From assembly GCF_036321535.1 (NCBI RefSeq), contig NC_087437.1, positions 119,662,001-119,726,000 on the forward strand: a DNA stretch of 64,000 bases, in the 5' to 3' direction. Position numbers and translations under genes: made by a program. Each line of letters opens with the position of its first letter. Position 1 is the stretch's first letter. Shown here in pieces: positions 24,121 to 34,859 of this stretch. The DNA is from Camelus dromedarius (Eukaryota). A model generated the notes under the pieces. The model saw only the letters and a list, made by a program, of their open reading frames with translations. It was not told the DNA's origin and ran no database searches.

Positions 24121-27100
24121 TGAGTCATATCTCAGTAGCAGTGGGACAAAACCAGCCCTAGAGCAAAAGGGTACTTTAGACCTGCTACAACCAAACTTAA
24201 ACAAGACTCAAAAAAATTAAGCTGATCTTCAAATAGCTTAACTATGAGATAAGAAAAATTCCAATAGTCTTTAAAGAAATACCATAAAACCCTGCACTCA
24301 GTATCAAATTAATGATGTCAGATATATAATCAAAAAACTACAAGACAGGAAATCAGCCTTTAAGCAACATGGAGTTACCCGGATTGGCTTTCCTTCCTGC
24401 CAGAAATGGATAAAATATGACACAATAGTTCTTAAGGTATTTCACATCAGGCAACAGAGGACAGTGAACCCTGGGAGGGAGAAACAAAAAGGTAGGCCAT
24501 ACAGTTGCCCATCTTACTGCCTGGAGAGAGGATTTCCAGGTCACAGTACAGGGAGGGAGAACCTGGGTGACCCAGGAGACTCCTTGAGTAGAGGAGATGG
24601 GGTGAGAGTTTGCAGAGACAAAGGAGCAGGAACTAACCAGTACAGACAAGAGAGTTCCACAAAGAGAACTCCAGAGATGTGTAGATGACGAACTTCAATT
24701 ATTCAGCAGAGCACTTACTTAAATCAAAATGTTGAGATGAAAACTATAATGTCTGAGGCTTAAAAATACACTGGATAGAATTTATGGTAAATTAGACACT
24801 GCAGAAGAAAAGACTGGTGAATGTGAGCACATAGCAATAAAAAACAAACTGAAGCAGAGAGAAAAATGACTAACAATAAATAGACAAACATCAGTGAGGG
24901 GTAGTAACAGTGAGCAGGCTGGTATACAAACAACTAGAGTCTCTGCAAGAGAAGGAGAGAGGAAAAATATTTTTGAAAAGCAATGGCCAAAATGTTTCGA
25001 AATCTGATGAAAACCATAAATTTCAACAAACTCTAAGCACAAGAAATACAATGAAAGCTAAACAAGAAAAGAATATGATCAAATTGTTCAAAACCAGGAA
25101 TAAAGAGAAATCTTAAATGCAGGTAGAGTAAAAATATACATAACATAAAGAGGCACAGATTTAAGAATAACAACAAACTTTGTGTCAGAAACAACATAAG
25201 TGAGAAGAATGAGGAGCAACATCTCTAAGTACTGAAGGAAAAAGCTGTCAGCATAGCGTTCCATGCCCAGTGAGAATGTGCGTCAAAAGTAAAAGTGAAA
25301 TAAAAACTTTTTCAAATGTAAAATGCTAAAAAAAAACTCATCACCAGCTAACCCACATTACAAGAAGCATTAAGAAAATTCTTCAGCAGAAGGAAAATGA
25401 TGCCAGATGGAAATCTGAACGTACACAAAGGAATAAAATCTACCATGGTAACTGCTCACTTAAGTATATAGTATTTTTTCTTATTGTTATTCTTAAGAGA
25501 CTATGGGATATGTAAATAAAAATAATAACAGTGTAGGATATAGTATCTGTAGAATTCAAACATAGGGCAACAGTAGGCTGAGAAGGGATAAACAGAAAGA
25601 TTATATTGTAGGGCCCTTATGCTATAATAGCACTTGAAGGCAGACAGTGAGGAGTAAATATGTGTACTATACACCCTAAAACAATTGCTAAAAAACAAGA
25701 CAAAGATATATGTCATAGAAGCCAACAAAAGTACTTTTAAATTTACCAAGACTTGTTTTATAGCCTTGAATGTGCTCTATCTTAGTAAATGGCTCATGTG
25801 CCATTTACTACCATACTACCATTACGAACCATAAAAATAATCCAAAGGAAGACAGAAAAAAAAAAAGGCAATAAAATAACAGTCAGGTTTAAACCTAACC
25901 ATGTCAATAATACCATTAAATATCAATAGTCTAAACATGCCAATTAAAAAGCATAGATCGACAGATGAGATAAATAATGAAGACCTAACTGTATGCTACC
26001 TACATGAGATGTCTTTTGTATATATGTTTTTAATTATTAGGAGTAAAAGAATGGAGAAAGATATACCCTGCTAACTCTATTCAGAATAAAGCTGGGATGG
26101 ATGTATTAATAATAAACATTTCAGAACAAAGACCATTATCAGAGATAAAGAAGTCATATTTAATAATAATTAATGGGTCAACTCATTAAAAGAATATAGC
26201 AGCCCCAAACATTTATGCACCCAATAACAGAGCTTCAAAAAGCGTGAAGCAAAAGCTGATAGAAATGCAAATGTAAGAAAGCCTGTCATTCTAGTCATGG
26301 ATTTCAATCTCTCTCAATAATTGACAAAAACAAGTAGACAGAAAATAAGTAAGTACGTAGAAGCTTGAACACACCATCAACCAGCTTGCCCTAATCACTA
26401 TTTGTAGATCACTCCACCAAGCAACATCAGAATTCACATTTTTCTCAAGTGCACATGAGCCATTTACTAAGATAGACCACATTCAAGGCTATAAAACAAG
26501 TCTTGGTAAATTTAAAAGTACTCAAGTCATGAAATGTATGTTTTCTGACCAAAAAGGAATTAATTAGAAATTGATAACAGAAAAATATCTAGAATATTTG
26601 GAAACTAAATAACATACCTCTAAATAATACATGGATTAACAATGAAATCAAAAGGGTAATTGGAAAGTTTTGAACCGAGTAAAAATGAGAATTTGACATA
26701 ACAGAAATTGTTAGATGTCATTAAAGCAGAATTTGGAGAGAAATTTATCGCATGTTAAATGCCATTATTAGAAGAGAAGTCTAAAAATCTACAATATTAG
26801 CTTCCACCCTAAAAACTAGAAATATAAGAGCAAATTAAACTCAACATAGGCAAAAGAAAGGAAATGATAAAGAGCCAAGGAGAAATCAATGAAACAGAAA
26901 AACTAACAAAATCAATGAAACCAAAATGTGGCTCCTTGAAAACATCATGAAAATGTATAAGCCTCCAACCAGACTAATCATAGAAAAAAGAAGAGAGAGA
27001 GAGAGAGAGAGAACACAAATTACCAACATCAGGAAAGGTGACATTGCTACTGAGTTGATAGATATTAAAAGACAACATTATGAACAACTTTGTGCCAACC

Positions 27101-27172
27101 ATTTCTAAAACTTACATAGAAAATTTCTTAAAGACACAAACTACGAAAGCTCAATCAAGAAAAAGTCATCTG

Positions 27173-27708
27173 CTGGATAAAGAAGTTGTGGTATATTTAT
27201 ATAATAGAATACTACTCAGTCATAAAAAATAACAACATAATGCCATTTGCAGCAACATGGATGTCCCTGGAAACTGTCATTCTAAGTGAAGTAAGCCAGA
27301 AAGAGAAAGAAAAATACCATATGATGTCACTCATACGTGGAATCTAAAAAAACAAAAGAAGAAGAAGAAGACAAATGAACTTATATATAAAACAGAAACA
27401 GACTAACAGACATAGAATACAGGCTTGTGGTTGCCAGGGGAAGGGGGTTGGAAGGGGATAAACTGGGAGTTTGAGATTTGTAGATACTGACAGGTATATA
27501 TAAAATAGATAAACAACTTTATACTATATGGCATGGGGAAATATATTCAATATCTTGTAGTAGCTCACAGTGAAGGGGAGAGTAAGAATGAATATATACA
27601 TATTCATGTATGATTGAAGAAATGTGCTGTATGCCAGAAGTTGACACAACACTGTAAACTGACTATAACTTAATAAAAAATACAATAAAATTTTTTAAAA
27701 AGGAAGAA
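27173..27708 (+). mobile_element. 5'-truncated L1 3' end (related to the 29530-35177 element)
   Basis: Clear similarity to 34685-35170; A-rich tail. Confidence 0.88.
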
Positions 27709-27746
27709 AAGAAAAATTCATTCATCCATTCTTCTTTATTCATCTG

Positions 27747-28242
27747 GAATCAATAAAGAAGATTTGGAATATAAATACAGTGGAATATTACGCAGCCATA
27801 AAAGAGAATAAAATAATACCATTTGCAGCAACATGGTTGGACCCGGAGATCGTCATTCTAAGTGAAGTAAATCAGACAGAGAAAGACAAATATCATATCA
27901 CTTATATGTGGAATCTAAAATATGGCACAGATGAACTTATTTACAAAACAGAAACAGACTCCCAAACATAGAAAACAAACTTATGGTTACCAAAGGGAAA
28001 AGTGAAAGGAGGGATAAATTACGAGCTTGGGATTAACAGATACAAACTGCTATATATAAAATAGATAAACAACAAGGACCTACTGTGCAGCACAGGAAAC
28101 AATATTCAATTTCTTATAATGAGCTGTAATGGAAAAGAATCTGAAAAAAATATATATGTAGGCATATGTATAACTGAATTCCTTTGCAATACACATGAAA
28201 CTAACATTTTAAATTGACTACAATAAAAATAAGAATTAAAAA
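27747..28242 (+). mobile_element. 5'-truncated artiodactyl-type L1 3' end
   Basis: ORF2 C-terminus EYYAAIKENKIIPFAATWLDPEIVILSEVNQTEKDKY plus 3'UTR and A-tail. Confidence 0.88.
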
Positions 28243-28798
28243 AAGAAAAAATCATCTGAACAGTCTTATATTTAATAACAGAATTGAATTTATAGTTAAA
28301 AACCATTTTGAAAAGAAAAGTACAGGTCCAGACGATGTCAGTGCTGAATCCTGCCAAACAATGAAGGAAGAAATGATGCCAATTCTAAACAAACTCTTCC
28401 AGAAAATTGAAGAGAAAGGAATGCTTACCAAGCTATTCTATGATGCGAGCATCATCTTGATAATAAAACTAGAGAAACACATTTCAAAAACAGAAAACTA
28501 CAAATACGTATCCTTCATAAACATAGATCTAAAACTTACTATCAAAATTTAAGCAAATCAAATATAACAATATATGAAAAGGAGGATATATCCTGATCAA
28601 GTGTTGTTTATCCCAGGAATGCAAATATTTAAAATAAAAAAAAAAACTGTAACTCACTACATTAACAGCTGAAAAAGGAAAACTGTATGATCATTGCAAT
28701 AGAGACAAAAAAAGGAATCTTGACAAAAATCCTCATCTGAGAAAAAAACTCTCAGCAAACTGAGAAGGGAATTTATCAACTTGAAAAAGAGCATCACC

Positions 28799-28833
28799 AA
28801 AAAAAAAAAAAAAGAAGAAAATAGAAAAGAAAG

Positions 28834-28926
<93 letters not shown>

Positions 28927-28956
28927 AAGGAAGGAAGGAAGGAAAGAAAGAAAGAA
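28799..28956 (+). repeat. Poly-A/(GAAA)n/(GA)n/(GGAA)n microsatellite within the old L1 ORF2
   Basis: Directly visible. Confidence 0.95.
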
Positions 28957-29786
28957 ACCTAGAGCTATCACAACATTTAATGATGTAAGACTAAATGTTC
29001 TCCCCATAAGATCAGGAACAAAATGCAACGTGGCACTGGAGATTCTAGGCAGTTGAATATGGCAAGAAAAAAATGATAATAAAAGTCATTCAAATTAGAA
29101 AAGAAGTCATAACATTTATTCTATCCAGAAATGAAATAATCATCTATATAGAAAATCTGATGGAATCCACCAAAAAGGCTCTTAAAATTAAGTGAGTTTT
29201 AAAAAAAAATTAAGTGAGTTCAGCGAGGTTGAAGAATACAAAATCAATAATCAAAGCTCAGTTATGTTTTTATACACTAGCAATGAACAATCAGCAGGTA
29301 AAATTAAAAACAGTATCACCTAGCATTAAGAAAAGATGGAATACTTAGAGATTACTGACTGGAAAAAAATATACAACCTAAAATTGAGAATTATATTTTA
29401 TTCAGCAGACTTATTTAGAACTTAAGCCCAGGAGACAGGTTCTCAGACAGCTCTGAGGGTTTGTTCTGAAGAAGTGAGGGAGGACCCAGGATATATGGGA
29501 GTTTTTGCAACAAAAACCAGGTAGTTGGAGACGAGGCCAAGATGGAGGAGGAGTAGGATGCTTGTAGCTCACCCTCTCCCACAGATACACCAAGATTCAC
29601 ATCCACAGACCCACTCAGCCAACCAGAGCACCCGCGGAACTCCGACAGAACATTATCCTCTTCAAAAGACAAAGATGCCAAAAATCTGTTCTATTCCTAC
29701 AGAGGCATTAGATAGATAAATAAATAAACTCCTTTAAGGACCACAATAGATAACTGATACTCCATAAGCCACAGTGCCAGAGAGAT

Positions 29787-30683
29787 ATGAGCAAGAAGAA
29801 GAAGCAGAGAAACCATTCCCAATTAAAGGAACAAGAGAAATCCCAGAACAATCAATGAAATAGACATCGATAGCCTACTAGATCAAAATTTCAAAAAGGG
29901 AGTGATCAAAGGGTTGAAGGAACTAAAAGAGATAGTGTTTAGAGATATAAAATATCTCAAAAATGAAATTGAAGCTATAAAGAAGAGACAAGTAGAATTG
30001 GTAAACTCATTGGCTGAGATGAGAATGGGTCTAAAGGCTGTGCAAAGCAGACTAGATAATGCAGAGGAACGAATTAGTGACCTAGAAGATAGGACAATAG
30101 AAAACACCCAATCAGAACAACTGCAAGATAAACAAATAAAAACAAATAAAAGCAACATAAGGGACCTATGGGATAATATAAAGCATGCCAATCTTCGCAT
30201 AATAGGGGTTCCAGAAGGGAAAGAAAGGACAAAGGGGATTGAAAAAGTATTTGAAGAAATCATGACTGAAAACTTCTCAAACCTAAAGAAGGAATCAGAT
30301 ATCCAAGTACAGGAAGTTCAAAGGGTCCCAAACAGGAAGAACCCAAACAGATCCACACCAAGACATATCATAATCAAGATGGCCAGAGTCAAGATAAAGA
30401 AATGATCCTAAAGGCAGCAAGAGAAAAGCAAAGAGTAAGTTACAAGGGAACCCCCAAAAGGCTCTCAGCTGATTTCTCTACACAAACACTACAGGCCAGA
30501 AGGAAGTGGCAAGATATATTCAAAGTCCTGAGAGAAAAAAGGATGCAGCCTAGGATACTTTATCCAGCAAGGCTATCCTTTAGGATAGAAGGAGAGATAA
30601 AGAATTTCACAGACAAGCAAAAACTGAAAGAGTTTAGCAACACTAAACCCATGCTAAAAGAAATATTGAAAGGTCTACTCTAA
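29787..30683 (+). pseudogene. L1 ORF1p (coiled coil-RRM-CTD), frameshifted near 29845 and 30400
   Basis: ATG AGC AAG..; NLRIIGVPEG, TPRHIIIK, AAREK, YPARLSF motifs split across frames. Confidence 0.92.
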
Positions 30684-31060
30684 ATAGAAAAGCAGCAGGA
30701 TGCTACAGAAATGAGAAACTCACAACTGGAAAGGTGATAACTCATGAATTACAAATAAAATAAACATGAAATTGTAAAAGAAGACATCAAAATCATTAAG
30801 AGTGGGATAGGGAAGCAAGAAAATATAGAGTATTTTTTTTCTTTCTTTTTAAAATTTTTTGTTTTCGGTAGGATGGGTTTGAGATATAGTAATGGGCTAA
30901 TAGACTTACAGAAAAGGGTAACCACAAGCCGAAAACTTACAAGGGAGTCACAAAAACTAAATAAAATCCATGATAATACAAAGGAGAATTACCAAACCAC
31001 AAAAGTAAGAAGAAAGGAACGAAGAGGAAATACCAATTCAACTGCAAAGGTAAGTTCAAA

Positions 31061-34000
31061 ATGGCAATAAACACACATCTATCATTAATTACTGTAAATG
31101 TTAATGGACTAAATGCTCCAGTCAAAAGACACAGAGTGGCAGACTAGATAATAAAGCAAGAACCTTCAATATGCTGCATACAAGAGACCCACTTTAGGGA
31201 GAAGGACACATATAAATTGAGAGTGAAAGGATGGGAACGATATTCCATGCAACTGAAAAAGCCAAAAAAGCAGGTGTTGCAGTACTGATTTCAGACAAAA
31301 TAGACTTTAAAACAAAGGCAATAAAGAAAGATAAAGAAGGACATTTTATAATGATTAAAGGAGTGATGCAAGATGAGGATATTACACTCGTTAATATATA
31401 TGCACCCAATATAGGAGCACCTAAATACATAAAACAATTACTAACAGGGATAAAGGGGGATATTGATGGGAATACAATCATAGTTGGAGATTTTAACACC
31501 GCATTAACATCACTAGACAGATCTTCCAGACAGAAAATAAATAAGGCAACAGAGAAACTAAATAATACAATAGAAAAATTAGATTTGGTGGATATTTTCA
31601 GAGCATTACACCCCCCAAAAAAAGGACATACATTCTTTTCAAGTGCACATGGGACATTTTCTAGGATTGATCATGTACTTGGGTACAAAAGAAACTTCAA
31701 CAATTTTAAGAAGATAGAAATTATCTCAAGCATCTTTACTGACCACAATGCCATGAAACTAGAAATCAACAACAGAGAAACAAAGGAGAAAGAAAGGAAA
31801 GCATGGAGATTAAACAATATGCTATTAAAACACCAATGGGCCAATGAGGAAATCAAAGCTGAAATTAAAATATACCTTGAGACAAATGACAATGAAAGCA
31901 CAACCACACAAAATTTATGAGACACGGCGAAGGCAGTGCTAAGAGGGAAGTTTATAGCGATACAGGCTTTCCTCAAAAAAGAAGAACAATCTCAAATAAA
32001 CAATTTAACCCACCAACTAAAAGAACTAGAAAAAGAAGAACAAAAAACCCCAAAAGGCAGGAGAAGGAAGGAAATTATAAAGATCAGGGAGGAAATAAAT
32101 AAAATAGAGATTTAAAAAACCATAGAAAAAAATCAATCAAACCAAAAGCTGGTTTTTTGAAAAAGTAAATAAAATTGACAAACCTCTGGCCAAACTCACA
32201 AAGAAGAAAAAAGAGAGAGCACAAATTAGCAAAATAAGAAAGGAAAATGGAGAAATTACAACAAATAAAATAGAAATACAGAATATCATATGAGAATATT
32301 ATGAAAAACTATATGGAACCAAACTAGATAACCTAGAAGAGATGGACAAGTTCCTGGAAACATACAGCCCACCAAGACTGAACCAAGAAGAAACTGACCA
32401 CTTGAACAAACCGATCACTAGAAGTGAAGTCGAAATAGCAATAAAAAAACCTCCCTACAGTTAAAAGTCCAGGACCGGATGGCTTCACCGGGGAATTCTA
32501 CCAAACATACAAAGAAGAACTCATACCAGTCCTTCTCAAACTCTTCCAGAAGATTGAAAAGGAGGGAAAACTCCCAAACTCATTCTATGAAGCCACCATC
32601 ACCATGATACCAAAACCAGGCAAAGACACTACAAAAAAAGAGAATTATAGGCCAATATCACTGATGAACATAGACGCCAAAATCCTCACCAAAATTTTAG
32701 CAAATAGAATCCAACAACACGTAAAAAAGATTACACATCATGACCAAGTGGGGTTCATCCCAGGGACACAAGGCTGGTTCAACATATGCAAATCAATCAG
32801 TGTAATACATCACATCAACAAGAGAAAGGACAAAAACCACATGATCATCTCAATCGATGCAGAAAAAGCATTTGATAAAATTCAACACCCATTTATGATA
32901 AAAACTCTCGCCAAAGTGGGTATAGAGGGAACATATCTCAACATAATAAAAGCTATATATGACAAACCTACAGCCAGCATAGTACTCAACGGTGAAAAAC
33001 TCAAAAGCTTCCCACTAAAATCTGGGACAAGACAAGGATGCCCACTATCACCACTCCTATTCAACATAGTCCTGGAAGTCCTAGCCATAGCAATCAGGCA
33101 AGAGAAAGAAATAAAAGGGATCCAAATTGGAAAAGAAGAGGTAAAAGTGTCATTATATGCTGATGACATTTTACTATATATAGAAAACCCTAAAAGGTCC
33201 ACACAAAAGCTACTAGAGCTGATTGAAGAATTCAGCAAGGTAGCAGGTTACAAAATTAACGTTCAAAAATCAGTTGCATTTCTTTACACTAACGATAAAT
33301 CAACAGAAGAAGAAAGTAAAGAAACAATCCCCTTTAAAATAGCACCCAAAGTAATAAAATATCTGGGAATAAATCTAACCAAGGAGGTGAAAGGATTATA
33401 CACAGAAAATGATAAACCATTGATGAAGGAAATCAAAGAAGACTTTAAAAAATGGAAAGATATTCCATGCTCTTGGATTGGAAGAATCAATATTGTTAAA
33501 ATGGTCACACTGCCCAAGGCAATCTACAGATTTAATGCAATCCCTATCAAATTACCCCAGACATATTTCACAGAACTAGAACAAAGCATAATAAAATTTA
33601 TATGGAACCATCAAAGACCTAGAATTGCCAAAGCATTACTGAAGAGAAAGAAAGAGTCTGGAGGAATAACTCTCCCAGACTTCAGACAATACTATAGAGC
33701 TACAGTCATCAAGACAGCATGGTATTGGGACAAAAACAGACATATAGACCAATGGAACAGAATAGAGAGCCCAGAAATGAACCCACAAACTTTTGGTCAA
33801 CTCATCTTCGACAAAGGAGGCAAGAATATACAATGGAATAAAAACAGTCTCTTCAGCAAATGGTGTTGGGAAAACTGGACAGCAGCATGTAAAACAATGA
33901 AGCTAGAACACTCCCTTACACCATATACAAAAATCAACTTAAACATAAGACAAGATACAATAAACCTCCTAGAAGAAAATATAGGCAAAACATTATCTGA

Positions 34001-34859
34001 CATACATCTCAAAAATGTTCTCCTAGAACAGTCTACTCAAGCAATAGAAATAAAAGCAAGAATAAACAAATGGGACCTAATGAAACTTACAAGCTTCTGC
34101 ACAGCAAAGGAAACCATAAGTAAAACAAAAAGACAACCTACGGAATGGGAGAACATTTTTGCAAGTGAAACCAACAAAGGCTTGATCTCCAGAATATACA
34201 AGCAGCTCACACAACTTAATAAGAAACAACCAAACAACCCAATCCAAAAATGGGCAAAAGACCTAAACAAGCAATTCTCCAAGGAAGACATACAAATGAT
34301 CAATAGGCAGATGAAAAAATGCTCAATATCACTAATTATCAGAGAAATGCAAATCAAAACTACACTGAGGTATCACCTCACACCAGTCAGAATGGCCATC
34401 ATTCAAATGTCCACAAATGACAAATGCTGAAGAGGCTGTGGAGAAAAGAGAACCCTCCTACACTGCTGGTGGGAATGCAGTTTGGTGCAGCCACTGTGGA
34501 AAACAGTATGGAGATTCCTCAGAAGACTAGGAATAGACCTACCATGTGACCCAGAAATCCCGCTCCTGGGAATATATCTGGAAGGAATTCTACTTCAGGA
34601 TGACACCTGCACCCCAATGTTCATAGCAGCATTATTTACAATAGCCAAGACATGGAGACAGCTTAAATGTCCATCAACGGATGACTGGATAAAGAAGAGG
34701 TGGTATATTTATACAATGGAATACTACTCAGCCATAAAAACCGACTACATAACGCCATTTGCAGCAACATGGATGCTCCTGGAGAATGTCATTCTAAGTG
34801 AAGTAAACCAGAAAGAGAAAGAAAAATACCATATGAGATCGCTCATATGTGGAATCTAA
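31061..34859 (+). pseudogene. L1 ORF2p (APE endonuclease, reverse transcriptase, C-terminal Cys-rich domain), disrupted
   Basis: NVNGLN, GDFN, TDHN, QGCPLSP, YADD motifs; stops at 31145, 31918 and 34428 plus frameshifts; longest intact piece 32604-34430. Confidence 0.96.

Noticed and set aside
32604..34430. 608-aa reverse transcriptase ORF as an active or domesticated gene or novel RT system
   Set aside because: Ordinary L1 ORF2 fragment; the element has several stops and frameshifts in ORF1 and ORF2
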